A DNA stretch of 64,000 bases from Eledone cirrhosa (taxonomy: Eukaryota). The number at the start of each line of letters is the position of its first letter. Within the stretch, counting starts at the first letter, position 1. Below the pieces are notes generated by a model. The model was not told where the DNA came from and searched no databases. It saw nothing but the letters and a program-made list of their open reading frames with translations. Positions 27,685 to 38,865 of this stretch are shown here, piece after piece. Location: the NCBI GenBank assembly GCA_964016885.1, contig OZ024746.1, positions 60,388,001 through 60,452,000 on the forward strand. The letters are read 5' to 3'. Both the position numbers and the translations under genes were made by a program.

Positions 27685-30600
27685 TCCATTCGTTCCCCTG
27701 ATTCAGAGATTCAGATAAAGGCTTAACCCTATTGATACCAACCTAACCAAAACTGGCTCAGGTTCAATAAAACAAAACAATTCATATTAAAGAGTTCCTA
27801 TTTAAATTTGTTCCCTCTACCATAATTTTATATAAAAACATTTCATTAAGTTATGTTACAAATATCATCATCATCAATCATCCATTTTTCTTGCTAGCAT
27901 GGGTTGGACATACAATTTTGATAATGAAATAATTTTAATAGATCCCTCTAGTTCTTCATTAATTAATTGAAGTACAGTGTATGTCAATACAAATATGCTA
28001 ATGAAAAGGTTAACCCTTTAGCATTTAAACTGGCCGTATCTGGCCAGAATTCTTTCACCTCTTCCTGTTCAAACTGGCTGTAACTAGCTGCTCATACTAA
28101 TTTTAAGGAATTGTTCTCAAAATAAATAATATCAAAATCTCATAAATTCAATATTATGTGAGATAATTATGTAAGATAAAGCCTTTACCGTGTAAATATA
28201 ATAGTAAATATAGAATAATGTAAATGTTAAGCCATAAATTACTGCACTGGTACTCAAATCATTTCTTTATTTTAAATTGTTTAATCACTGGTCAGCAATA
28301 TAGTATTTTCAGTCAAGACCAAAGGAGATTTCATCTAATACATATATATATATATCTATTTCATCATCATTACTAATTAACATCTATTTCCCACCCTTGC
28401 ATAGGTTAGATGGGTTGTTACATTCTAAGACTAGACTGGTCAGGTGATCATATCTTGCTTATATATTCTGCTTTTGGCTTGATTTCTACAATGCCAACCA
28501 CTTTATAATATGTGCTGTAAGCATTTTATTATGACTCCACTTTACGAGGTGGACTGGGTGCTTTTTGTCATGACACCAACACTACTACCTTACAGGGTGG
28601 ACTGGATGCTTTTTATTGTGGCACCAGTACTACCACTTTACAGAGTGGGCTGGGTGCATTATATATATATATACTAGCTGGCCCCATGCTGTGAAAAATG
28701 ATGGCTAATTGTTATATCTATACATAATATAAAAAAAGAGATGTTTGTTTGTTGGTTGGTTCCTTCGCGCTCACAGACACAAGTGATACAAACACACAGC
28801 TATGACGAATCTTAGAACGCTAGACTTCAATAGTTTCTCGCCCTCTTCCTTCCTCAGTCATCTCTAGTGTGTGACGGGCAAATACACAAGTAGGTATTTT
28901 ATATATTCTGTTCTTTTCTTCACCAGGTTGGAATCCCCTACCCTAATGTGAAGGACATTCAGGTAAGTTGAAACCTTCAGCATTCATTAAACTTGACTAT
29001 CATATCTTGTGTGTGTGTGTGTCTCTCTGAATGTGTGTGTATGTGTACATATATATTGATGTTACAGTTACAATATCCTAAGATGTGGAGAGAGTTCAAT
29101 CTTGTGAGAAGAGTTATAATGAGTGTTATTACTGTCCAGAGTTTACACCATCATCATCATCATTTAATGTTCATTTCCCATGCTATCATGAGTAGGACAG
29201 GCTATCCCTTTGTGAAAGATCAGGTCGGAGGACTGTTTCTGACTTGGTCTCAACGGCTGGGCACTTTGTGTCAAAGGCATGACAACCTCTCCTGAGCACT
29301 TGATGGAACATGAGACCATACATAAGTGAGACACAGATCCCTGGCTTACTTGGGAGATCAGTAGTGACTTGGTCGATATAGATTCATCCAACCCTTGCTG
29401 GACATTAAAACAACAATGATGATGATGATGATGTGTGTTTAGTTTAGTAGTTTAGGGCACTTCCTAACGTCAACCACATTTACAGCGTGGGCTGGGTGCT
29501 TTTTGTCATGACACAACACAACCACTTTACAGTGTGGACTGGGCACTTATGTCATGACACCTACACAGGTTTTAAAGTTGGAAAGATATGCACAGATTTT
29601 CATCAGGTTCAATTTTCATAAATATAGCTGGGCCTGCATGAAAAGACTCAGAAGTGGTGTACAAGAGAGAAGACTGCGTTGGTATGGACATATAAGGCTC
29701 ATGGATGATAATTGCTGGGTGAAGAAGTGTCAGGAAATCCCAGTGGACAGAAGCTACAGTAGAGGTAGACTTGGGCAGAGTTGGTGAGAGCTGATCTCAA
29801 ATCACTGAAACTCACAAAGGAGATGACAAGGGGATGTGACAAGTTGAGAGATGGTGTGCTGAAATCGACATAAAAATGATGATGATGATATAGGTAAGAC
29901 ATAACTCCCTCAAGTCTCTCATTTCTCTCTATATATTTATATTCAGGTATCATTAAAGAAAGAATATAATGAATTACACAAAAGAACTAAGAACCTACTT
30001 CCAGGAAATGAGTGGTTGGAGATCCAGGCTTTCCGTGCCCTTAACCAGGCCCTTGGCAGATGTATTCGGCATAAGTAAGATTCTTTTTTTTTACAACTTT
30101 TCTTTAGGATTTTCAAATCATTTGTTTTAAAATATTCATGTTTAAATCTTTATTCATAATGATTTCTTATTTAGGCACAAGACCAGCAATTTGTTGTGAG
30201 GGGAGGAAATTAATTATATCAAACCCAGTATTTTACTGGTGCTTTATTTTATTGACCCTAAAAGGATGAAAAATTAAATTAAGCTTGGTGGGATTTGCAC
30301 TCAGAACGCAGAAGATTATATATATATATATATAAATGCTGCAAAGCATTCTGTCTGATGCTCTTACAATTAAGCCAATCAGCTACCCTTTAAAATACCA
30401 ATTTAATAATAAGCAAGGTATATTACTAATTCCCTCCAAATTCTTTAATATTTTCAAAATTTATTTGAAAAATGTTAACGGATTTGGCAGTGTCTTTCAT
30501 TAGAAATATAATGATAACAGGGTTTAAATGGTTGTTGATTGAATAGAGATAATATAGGCTAGAGAAGGCTCTTTTGTCATATTATGACTTTTTCACTCTT

Positions 30601-31580
30601 TCTGCAGAAATGACTGGGGAGCACTTCTATTGGTCGATTCTCGATTCCTACAAGGTAACAGATACCACAAAGGTGAGTGTTTTGTTGTTTTAGTAGTTGT
30701 GTTTTCTAGTTGTTATTATATTATTCTAGCTGCTATTGGAAATTTATAAAACTAAGAAATGCAATATGCAGTTACACACATAAAGACATATATATATGGC
30801 TGACTGAATACGCACATTCTTTTTTTCCTTGTTTTTTCCCAGTTCCTTCCTCTTATCACTCTTTACTTTCTATGTATCTTCTATTTCTAAGTCTATCTTC
30901 TGATGAAGGACTAGTGTCCAAAACGTTAAGACTCTCATCCTACTATTTCAAACATTCATCATCATCATCATCATCATCATCATCGTTTAACGTCCATCTT
31001 CCACACTTGCATGGGTTTGGACGGGAATTGTCCCACTTGAGGCAAGATTGGTTGTCTTGCTCGTATAGGACTGTCTGGCGGGTTTTCTACGGCTGGATGT
31101 CCTTCCTAACACCAACCACGTTTACAGTGTGAACTGGGAGATTTTTACCGTGTTACCTACACGGCCACATTACAGCGTGGACTGTGTTTTTTGTCGTGAC
31201 ACCTACACGACCTCATTTGTTTCGGACTGGATGTTGTGGTACCAACATAACTTTACATTGAAAGGGGTGGTGTGGATGGAGTGGGGGTAGTTAGACGGGG
31301 GGGGGGGGGGGGGGTTAGAGGTGCCTACTGACTAGGTTTCGCTTTGTACTTAGGCATGGAGGGTCTTCTGTATTACTGTGTAGCGCCAAAGATCTCGGTC
31401 CAGTGACATTGTCTTGGAGAGGTGTAAGTGTGTGAGGTCGGAATTTATCAAGTCGTCCCAGCTTTTTCTGGGTCTGCCTACTCCGTGGCTACCGTCTATT
31501 TTTATCGCCCTAAACTAATATGTTTCTTCCATGTACTGTGTTATTTATTTTGTTATTTCTGTTTACCTTTTACATACATA

Positions 31581-31612
<32 letters not shown>

Positions 31613-34600
31613 AGGAAGAGAAATTGAAAATGCAACCAGAGTCAATCTTTTAAGAATATTTATTTATTTACTTTACCAGTTTCACAGTTCTTATGATTTT
31701 CAAAAGTAAAATTGAGATGGAGGGTTTGTGTTTCTGTTGTGGTTTGTCTCGCATATATATATATGCACACATGAGTATTTTGGAATATATATGTATGTGT
31801 ATGTTTTCTATTTACTTTTGAAGGTTTATCAAAATGGATCCGTGACATGTTGAAGTCCCAGCCCAATTACAATGTAGCTATGCAGTCCCTGACAACATTT
31901 ATGAAAGATAAAACAAAGAACAGCTTACTACAGTAAGTAATCTTCCTATTTGCAGATGATGTCTTAGTGGGTTACCTTTTCTCCCATCAAATGGTATTGA
32001 GCATGGAAAAGTGTTGGAGTTGAAGGTTAACTATTGAGTCATTAACCTTTGTTCATACCAAACTTCCTAAAACTGACCTTGATTCTATGATACAAAGCTG
32101 TTTGTTTTAAAGTATTTATATTTATCTAAAAACCTTCCATCATAATTTTATATAAGAACCTGTTCTAAAATAATGTTCCAAACACCAGCTTAACCCTTTA
32201 GCATTTAAACTGGCTGTATCTGGCCAGAATTCTCTCACCTCTTTCTGTTCAAACTGGTTATAACGTGCCACTCATATAGATGTTAAGGCATTGTTCTCAA
32301 AATAAATATCAAAATCTCATAGATTCGATACTGATACTAACTTTTTTTAGTTCTTTATTCTAAACCAGATACACATCCTCAGTTAAACCCCTCCATGTTT
32401 TCACACACCCATAACTCTCATTTACTACCTACCTCCTTTCTTTGTGAATTATTTCTATATTTGGTTTAATTTCCACTCTTTTATTGGTTTTGTTTTAGGG
32501 AGAAATCTTCAAACAGTATTGAAAATAGCCACCCAGAGCCAGATAATTTACACATGGAACCCATCAAAGCCAGCACACCTATCACAAAGCATAGTTGTGG
32601 TGTTCATCCTGAATGTGAGCCTGATGTAAAGAACCTCACACCAGAAAGTGACTCGGGAAACCACAATGATAAACTTGTCCACAATATAGCGGAACTTTCC
32701 AGTGTTCTTGCTGTAGGTACTCCCAGTAGTAAGTCAGATGCAGACTTTGTTGAAACAGTACCGCCACACTCTACAGAACATCATAACTCTTTGACAGATC
32801 AACTAGAGGAGCTGGTACCACAGGGGACCGTACGATTAAATGAGGATGAGTCACAATCTCATTGTAAAACATCCAAAGATCAAAGACTAGCGACAATGAC
32901 ATCATCAACCGATTCCAAGCCGCAGCTTATGATAACAGGAGATTGCCACCAATCAAAGAACCTTCTGTTACCAACAGACAATAGTGAGGTCACCAATGAA
33001 TATCCTACTGTGTCACCAAAACGTCATTGTATTAAAGTTCACAATTCAGAAACTAAGAAGAACATAAAATTTAATAATACAGAGACCAATCTCAAATGTT
33101 CACAAAGTTCCTCTGTGAATGGCAGTCCTGTTTTATTCCATGACTTGAACGATTCTACTGACGATGCTGAGCTCTTATCAATGGTTGAAAGCGAGGCTGA
33201 AAAGAGCATCACGAAAGAATTTAACTGGTCTGATGAACTGTCAGAAACTTTGAGTTCCTTGCCATATCAAAGTGCTACCGAATGTGATTTGGATGAAACA
33301 ATAAAGTTATCAGACATGAAGAAACGTGCAATATTGAGGGCGCCACAGAAAGACAGTTCTTCTGAGTCCTCAACAGAAATTTTCACTGAAGACCCAGATC
33401 TGATGACCTTCATTGCAGACAGCAGCAAGATTGATTCTTTCTCCTCTACAGTGTCTTCTTCTTCACATAAGGGGCCAAAAGGTGACAGTATTAAAAAGGA
33501 AGACATGGGCAGTTCCACTGTGTTGAACCATAAACTGACAAGATGTCCCCTTTTCAAAGCAGCCTCCAAACATCCACATGGGACCTCCACACCAGCTAGT
33601 GCTGGTAAGAATGATCTAGATGTTCATAAACTGTCATCTGTTGAAAGAGATCCTTTTGCAGAGCTTCTGGCATTTGATTCCCAAGAATTGAAACTGAAAC
33701 GTTCAGTAGGACGGAAACGGCGACCCTCTGGTAACTACATGAGGTACAACAAAAAAACTAGAGGTGTTACGTATGATTCAACAGAAGAGGTTAGTTTTAT
33801 TGTTATTGTTGTTTGTGTCATTGTTGGTGATGCTGCTGTTGTTAGTGTTGTATCATTGTTGTTGTTGCCTTTATTAGTGTTGTGAATGGTGCTGGTGTTT
33901 ATAGAAAAATGGAATATGTGTGTGTTTGTGTGTGTTTGAACAGTGCATGTGTGTGTTTGTGTGTGTTTATGTATGCAAGGAGGAATGTGTGTTTATGTCA
34001 GAGAGAAACATGAAGAGAGAGATACAATGAGAGAGAGAGAGAAAGTGTGTGTGTGTGTCATTTTTAAATATGACTATATGTGTGACTTAAACAATAGAAT
34101 ATACATTATGAATGTTTCTGTATGAGTGTGTGTGTGTATCACTGTTAAATAGGACTATATGTGTGACTTAAACAATAGAATATACATTATGAATGTTTCT
34201 GTATGAGTGTGTGTGTGTATCACTGTTAAATAGGACTATATGTGTGACTTAAACAATGGAATATACATTATGAATGTTTCTGTATGAGTGTGTGTGTGTA
34301 TCACTGTTAAATAGGACTATATGTGTGACTTAAACAATGGAATATACATTATGAATGTTTCTGTATGAGTGTGTGTGTATCACTGTTAAATAGGACTATA
34401 TGTGTGACTTAAACAATAGAATATACATTATGAATGTTTCTGTATGAGTGTGTGTGTGTATCACTGTTAAATAGGACTATATGTGTGACTTAAACAATAG
34501 AATATACATTATGAATGTTTCTGTATGAGTGTGTGTGTATCACTGTTAAATAGGACTATATGTGTGACTTAAACAATAGAATATACATTATGAATGTTTC

Positions 34601-37600
34601 TGTATGAGTGTGTGTGTGTATCACTGTTAAATAGGACTATATGTGTGACTTAAACAATAGAATATACATTATGAATGTTTCTGTATAAGTGTGTGTGTGT
34701 ATCACTGTTAAATAGGACTATATGTGTGACTTAAACAATAGAATATACATTATGAATGTTTCTGTATGAGTGTGTGTGTGTATCACTGTTAAATAGGACT
34801 ATATGTGTGACTTAAACAATAGAATATACATTATGAATGTTTCTGTATGAGTGTGTGTGTGTATCACTGTTAAATAGGACTATATGTGTGACTTAAACAA
34901 TGGAATATACATTATGAATGTTTCTGTATGAGTGTGTGTGTATCACTGTTAAATAGGACTATATGTGTGACTTAAACAATAGAATATACATTATAATAAT
35001 AATAATGAATGAATGAAATTATTGTGTACAGTGCTCAGGTGCACTACAACTCATCAAAGGTGCATGTATAGTACATAGAATAATGTACAAATGTCAGAAA
35101 AATGAACAGTGTACGAGTCATGATATAATAACAATAACAATAATGAAATATTGTGTACAGTGCCCAGGTGCACCACAACTCATCAAAAAAGTGCATGTAC
35201 AGTACATAGGGCAATGCACAAACATCAGTAAAATGAACAGTGCACGAGTCATGATACACACATGTGTGCATGTGCATGGAAGGGGTACATCAGGTGTAGT
35301 TTTGGCGTATTTCGGGAAGCATGAGTGTCTTAAAGGATGCAGTGTCTCGGCAGCTAACAATTGACGCAGGCAGTTTGTTCCATGCTTCAGCAACTCTGAG
35401 CGTGAAAAAATGTCTACGAAAGTCATGGGAGCTGTGCTGTTTTCTGATCTTGTAGGCATGTCCACGTGTGTTAGACACATGGAGATCAAAGAGGCGCTCA
35501 GGGTTGCAATTGGCGAGATGGTTAAAAACTTTGTGGGTATTCACCAAGTCCATTGCCAGACGTCGGAGCTTCAATGAATCCATGCCCAATGAATGTTTCT
35601 GTATGAGTGTTTGTGTGTACCACTGTTAAATATGACTATATGTGTGACTTAAACAATGGAATATACATTATGAATGTTTCTGTATGAGTGTGTGTGTACC
35701 ACTGTTAAATATGACTATATGTGTGACTTAAACAATAGAATATACATTATGAATGTTTCTGTATGAGTGTGTGTGTGTATCACTGTTAAATAGGACTATA
35801 TGTGTGACTTAAACAATAGAATATACATTATGAATGTTTCTGTATGTGTGTGTATCACTGTTAAATAGGACTATATATGTGACTTAAACAATGGAATATA
35901 CATTATGAATGTTTCTGTATGAGTGTGTGTGTTTAAACTGCTATTTACTTTTTCTCTCTCTCACCACATCAACAGAAAGAAGAATTTGTCATTCTCTGCA
36001 AGACTTGTCATCGAAATCTGTTCTCTGTGCATAGCAGTAAGTGTCTCCATTCCACTATATTTTCCTCTCCTCTCTTTCATAATATTATGAAGGCATGTGG
36101 CTTAGTGTTTAGAATGTTGGAGTCACAGTCATGAGATTGTGAGTTCAATTGACAGAGTGGGCAACGTGTTGTGTCTTCAAGCAAGACACTTTATTTTACA
36201 TTGCTCCAGTACACTCAGCTGTAGAAATGAGTTACGGCATCACTGGTGCCAAGCTGTATCGGCCTTTGCCTTTTCCTTGGGCTACATCAGTGGCATGAAG
36301 AAGGGAGACCGGTATGTATTGGTGACTGCTGCTCTTTCACAAAACCACCTTGCATTGGTTGTGCCTCAAAGGGTAATTTTCTTGGTGCAAACCTATGGTT
36401 GTTCATGATCGAAGGGGTTCTTTATCCTTTTTACCCTATATATATAATATTAAACAATGACAGAATAAGAGAAACAAAGTGAGGTATTAATTAATCCATT
36501 TATGATTGTTTCACAGAGGAAAGTATCAATGTGCAATCTAACTGATGGTAGTTATGTAAGTCCACACCATCAGCCTCAAAATAACACATCTATACTGATC
36601 AACATTTTGCTTTAACATTTACTATATTTGTTCTAGTTTAACCTTTTAGCCTTTAAACCAGCTGTATCCAGCTAGAATTCTCTCACCTCTTTCTGTTCAA
36701 ATTGGTCATAGCTGGCTGCTCATACTTATGTTAAGATGTTGTTCTCAAAATAGATAATATTAAAATCTTGTAGATTTGATATTGTGTGAAATAATTGTGA
36801 GGTAAAGTGTTTACCATGAAAATACAATAGTATATATAGAGTAATATAAATGCTAAAAGGTTAAACTAGTCTGATCTGGACTGGTGTATTTGTTCCAATT
36901 TAGTCTGGCCTAGACTGGGTTTATTTAGATTAGTCACACTGTTTTATAATATAACTAGTCGTGTATCATCATCATCTTCATTTTTGCCTTCTTTTCTTTT
37001 TCGTCATCTTTATCCAGATATAGAAAAACGAAACAGAAAACCGCCACTGCTGAAAGATATTTTTACTGACAGTCAATGTGTGTTTCTGTATCTCGCGGCC
37101 AACACAAGTGACCAGCTTGACAGTGTGTCCACTGTGAAATATGTTATTGGCAACGGTCAGTTCACTTTGAAAATATTTCACTTTTATTTTCTGTTGCACC
37201 ACCAGACCACACAACACCACAGAATGCTACATCACCACCACATTACAACACTACACCATCACAGTACACCACACCACACCACTCTAACACACCATACCAC
37301 CACAATATACTACACCATCACAGTACACCCCACACCATACCACCACAGTATACTACACTACAACATCACATTACACCACACAACACCATACCATAGTACA
37401 CTATATCACCACCACTGTACACCACTACACCATCACAGTACACACCACCACACCATACCATACATTCACTGTATACTATACTACACCATCACAATGTACC
37501 ATTATTAATGTTTTTGTTTGTATTATTAGGTGCTGGATTAAACACTTGTTGGATACCAAAATATGGCTGTTGTGTGGAATATTTACAATGTATTTGTGGT

Positions 37601-38865
37601 CAAGGGAGTAAACATACTTTGGTTGGTGTCAGGGTGTTGTTAGGGTCAACTGATTACCCTACTGGTCAGGTAATACAGCAAATATTGCCATCTTTCTCTA
37701 TATCTATCTCTTGTCATTTCTCCCACTCACTCATATATTCATTCTTTCTCTCATGTTGTCTTCTCGTATTTTTCTCACATATTTTTCTCTTGCATTCACC
37801 CAGTACACTCTGTAAAGTGGTAGTACTAGTGCCACTATAAAATGCATTCAACTATTTTTGCCAAAAATTTGGTTCTTACAAGCAAGATATGGTTCTCTGA
37901 CTCTCTTCTCCCCACCATCTAAAACTGTGACAACCTTTCCAACCCATGTCAGCATGGGAAACAGACATAAAATGATAGCAATGACTGTGATGATAACACT
38001 GATAAGGATGGTGATATCATATAAATTAATATAGATGATGAGCATGTCCAGCTAACTTCAGTCTCCTCTGTATTACTTTCGAGCTGACTTTTGGGAGGCT
38101 CCCATACAGCTCTAAGTTCTTCATTCTCAGTGAGTACTAATTAATGTTCAGAGCCATCCTCAATATCCTCATGTAGCACCCATCCACCATCTCAGTGAGT
38201 TTCTTGGTCAGAGTCCAAGTCTCAGGCCCATACAGTAGCACAGACTCTACTGTAGCAACAAAGAGGCAGATATTCAGGTCTTTACAACATTCAAGTTGAC
38301 ACTGCACTCAGTGGTCATATGAGAACCCCTACACGGACACACAGGAAGAGGGAGACCAAGGATGACATGTTGATGCCTAAGAACAGACACTGGTCTCTGG
38401 GAGACATGGGACGTAGCAACGATGATGAAAGACAGAGACTGTTGTAGGATATGTTTTCATTTAATATCAACTACACTCTGTAGATTGCAAGAACATATGT
38501 AAGATGTGGTCTTTGACCAGTCTGTAGTTTCAATTAAGTACTGACTTGATCTGTGACAAACCTTGGTTAGCAAAGAAAACAATTAAAAGAGGATGGTGGT
38601 GATGGTGGTGGTAATGGATGATGTTTCTTAACTTTGTATAATATAACAATTGTTTGGAATATTTTAAATACTGTCCATACCACTTACTCATATTTACCCA
38701 CTCCTTTTGTCATCTGTTATATCTATCCTTACCCCACACTTGCCCTTACTCTCCTTGTCTATTACTCATCCTCACTGTCACTGTCTCATTTCTCTCTCAC
38801 TCTTATATTTCCCACAGCTATGGTTGTTAGATGAGGCTGTGAAAATCAACAGTGTCCATGACTGA
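2480..38865 (+). CDS. BRIP1: FANCJ/BRIP1 Fe-S cluster 5'-3' DNA helicase, spliced gene span (26 exons in window; N-terminus/motif I upstream of window)
   Basis: Spliced translation contains [16 protein letters not shown], four Fe-S Cys, [79 protein letters not shown] and GLSKWIR. All junctions are GT-AG and phase-consistent. Confidence 0.95.
3209..3298 (+). CDS. BRIP1: FANCJ exon, motif Ia ([22 protein letters not shown])
   Basis: tttcag acceptor, gtatgt donor, diagnostic motif. Confidence 0.95.
4630..4723 (+). CDS. BRIP1: FANCJ exon, Fe-S domain Cys1/Cys2 ([16 protein letters not shown]...EACKDKIE)
   Basis: tttcag/gtgggt, phases fit. Confidence 0.92.
4828..5498. repeat. 55-bp minisatellite, 12 copies, spanning the FANCJ intron/exon boundary
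   Basis: CAG ends at 4863, 4918, 4973 ... 5468 with exact 55-nt spacing. Confidence 0.97.
5469..5591 (+). CDS. BRIP1: FANCJ exon, Fe-S Cys3 ([10 protein letters not shown]...[15 protein letters not shown])
   Basis: tacag/gtaagt; WDIEDLV motif; exon start is the last unit of a 55-bp tandem array. Confidence 0.92.
6471..7133 (+). mobile_element. 5'-truncated RTE LINE (RT C-terminus plus 3' UTR, (GAT)n tail) nested in a TTAA MITE (6266-7159)
   Basis: GRPRKTW...RDLWR motif; the MITE resumes (gagtaatgtaaatgctaaagagttaa) after the tail. Confidence 0.88.
7280..7381 (+). CDS. BRIP1: FANCJ exon, Fe-S Cys4 (VRACPYF...[17 protein letters not shown])
   Basis: tacag/gtaagt; CPYNYLLD. Confidence 0.95.
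7669..7885 (+). mobile_element. tRNA-derived SINE with conserved central box gcctttcatccttacggggtcgataaaataaagtaccag (other copies ~1770, 7415, 13710, 24032, 24610, 42325(-), 50517)
   Basis: A-box tggcagaatcgg, B-box-like g(a/g)ttcaaatc, many dispersed copies. Confidence 0.8.
8000..8830 (-). mobile_element. Degraded RTE-type LINE RT fragment
   Basis: [11 protein letters not shown] and LTYGHDSW-like RT C-terminal motifs with frameshifts. Confidence 0.7.
8845..10423 (-). mobile_element. Young 5'-truncated RTE LINE: RT (LLYADD) with PHD-like Zn finger insertion, 3' UTR and (GAT)n tail; 148-bp internal tandem duplication
   Basis: ORFs 9866-10246 and 9163-9753; YADD at 10268-10279; [27 protein letters not shown]. 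Confidence 0.95.
10907..11042 (+). CDS. BRIP1: FANCJ exon, motif II ([16 protein letters not shown])
   Basis: tacag/gtatgt. Confidence 0.95.
11348..11568. repeat. 24-bp minisatellite (ctgaaacattgtactgtagctttc) x ~9
   Basis: Direct inspection. Confidence 0.95.
11951..11997 (+). CDS. BRIP1: FANCJ small exon ([16 protein letters not shown])
   Basis: tag/gtgagt; bridges phase 1 to phase 0 as required. Confidence 0.78.
12654..12859. mobile_element. piggyBac-type MITE (~205-225 bp): TTAA target duplication, TIR CCCTTTAGCATTTA
   Basis: ttaa-ccctttagcattta...taaatgctaaaggg-ttaa; at least 11 copies in the window. Confidence 0.85.
13127..13276 (+). CDS. BRIP1: FANCJ exon, Arch domain (VYRLRSF...[11 protein letters not shown]...ISGLS)
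   Basis: cag/gtaagt; IWSG as in FANCJ. Confidence 0.9.
14306..14463 (+). CDS. BRIP1: FANCJ exon (NSLKSIREE...[16 protein letters not shown])
   Basis: aag/gtaaat; AEDFR equals FANCJ ADDYK. Confidence 0.85.
15204..15249 (+). CDS. BRIP1: FANCJ small exon ([15 protein letters not shown])
   Basis: tttag/gtaaga; phases fit. Confidence 0.8.
16879..16906 (+). CDS. BRIP1: FANCJ 28-nt microexon (RSRSKSDNP)
   Basis: tttcag/gtgagt; needed to convert phase 0 to phase 1. Confidence 0.75.
18325..18530. mobile_element. piggyBac-type TTAA MITE copy
   Basis: Same TIRs and TTAA. Confidence 0.85.
19038..19573 (+). mobile_element. 5'-truncated RTE LINE 3' end
   Basis: [10 protein letters not shown]...GRPKKTW; 3' UTR; (GAT)n tail. 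Confidence 0.88.
19581..19796. mobile_element. piggyBac-type TTAA MITE copy
   Basis: Same TIRs and TTAA. Confidence 0.85.
19880..19929 (+). CDS. BRIP1: FANCJ exon ([17 protein letters not shown])
   Basis: aag/gtaagt; WCLNP motif. Confidence 0.92.
21059..21196 (+). CDS. BRIP1: FANCJ exon, motif III ([19 protein letters not shown])
   Basis: cacag/gtaaat. Confidence 0.95.
22877..22996 (+). CDS. BRIP1: FANCJ exon ([12 protein letters not shown]...[10 protein letters not shown])
   Basis: tttcag/gtaagt. Confidence 0.95.
23841..23912 (+). CDS. BRIP1: FANCJ exon, motif IV ([22 protein letters not shown])
   Basis: accag/gtatgt. Confidence 0.95.
24219..24556 (-). mobile_element. Helitron-like non-autonomous element with internal 28-bp tandem repeat; second copy 28715-28891 (+)
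   Basis: 5' end a|TCTATACATAATATAAA, (GTTT)n-like tract, 3' end resembling CTAG; two copies. Confidence 0.45.
24994..25120 (+). CDS. BRIP1: FANCJ exon (ATGLWEKIW...MEPRTG...)
   Basis: caag/gtgaat. Confidence 0.92.
25185..25270. mobile_element. Tc1/mariner-like micro-MITE (hairpin)
   Basis: cagggt..cccaaaaaatgt.tacacactt / aagtgtttatacattttttgggacaccctg-ta. Confidence 0.6.
25504..25918. repeat. Long near-perfect inverted repeat (~190-205-bp arms)
   Basis: Right arm is the reverse complement of the left apart from a 16-nt indel and few mismatches. Confidence 0.95.
27311..27429 (+). CDS. BRIP1: FANCJ exon, motif V ([29 protein letters not shown])
   Basis: tttcag/gtattg. Confidence 0.95.
28927..28962 (+). 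CDS. BRIP1: FANCJ small exon ([12 protein letters not shown])
   Basis: accag/gtaagt. Confidence 0.93.
29947..30074 (+). CDS. BRIP1: FANCJ exon, motif VI ([21 protein letters not shown])
   Basis: ttcag/gtaaga. Confidence 0.96.
30608..30672 (+). CDS. BRIP1: FANCJ exon ([13 protein letters not shown])
   Basis: tgcag/gtgagt. Confidence 0.95.
30955..31512 (-). mobile_element. 5'-truncated RTE LINE 3' end
   Basis: Close reverse complement of 6620-7133. Confidence 0.88.
31824..31932 (+). CDS. BRIP1: FANCJ exon ([10 protein letters not shown]...)
   Basis: gaag/gtaagt. Confidence 0.93.
32499..33789 (+). CDS. BRIP1: FANCJ large exon, Ser/Asp/Glu-rich disordered C-terminal region with basic NLS-like [12 protein letters not shown]
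   Basis: 1291-nt open exon, tttag/gttagt, phase 2 entry matches the previous exon. Confidence 0.88.
34065..35932. repeat. ~77-81-bp minisatellite with variable (GT)n, ~16 copies, interrupted by a CR1 insertion
   Basis: Direct inspection. Confidence 0.93.
34993..35590 (-). mobile_element. 5'-truncated CR1/L2-clade LINE 3' end
   Basis: SLKLRRL...NTRGHAYKI...[14 protein letters not shown]; (ATTC)/(ATT) tail. Confidence 0.88.
35976..36036 (+). CDS. BRIP1: FANCJ C-terminal domain exon ([20 protein letters not shown])
   Basis: aacag/gtaagt; phases 0 to 1. Confidence 0.8.
36638..36864. mobile_element. piggyBac-type TTAA MITE copy
   Basis: Same TIRs and TTAA. Confidence 0.85.
37018..37155 (+). 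CDS. BRIP1: FANCJ C-terminal domain exon ([12 protein letters not shown]...KYVIGN)
   Basis: tccag/gtcagt; phases 1 to 1. Confidence 0.78.
37530..37669 (+). CDS. BRIP1: FANCJ C-terminal domain exon ([24 protein letters not shown]...LVGVRVL...GQ)
   Basis: ttag/gtaata; phases 1 to 0. Confidence 0.8.
38041..38450. mobile_element. RTE-like LINE fragment with 5' inversion
   Basis: Minus-strand [13 protein letters not shown]...LAGHA followed by plus-strand LTLHSV...GRGRP. Confidence 0.75.
38818..38865 (+). CDS. BRIP1: FANCJ last coding exon ([15 protein letters not shown])
   Basis: Long pyrimidine tract plus cacag; TGA followed by AATAAA 170 nt downstream. Confidence 0.8.
   Translation, partial: LWLLDEAVKINSVHD

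Noticed and set aside
2480-31932. RTEL1, DDX11 or XPD as alternative identity
   Set aside because: [29 protein letters not shown] and GLSKWIR are FANCJ-type signatures
32554-33885. 443-aa ORF as an independent gene with a C-terminal TM helix
   Set aside because: It is a FANCJ internal exon; the hydrophobic tail is read-through into (GTT)n intron sequence past the donor at 33789
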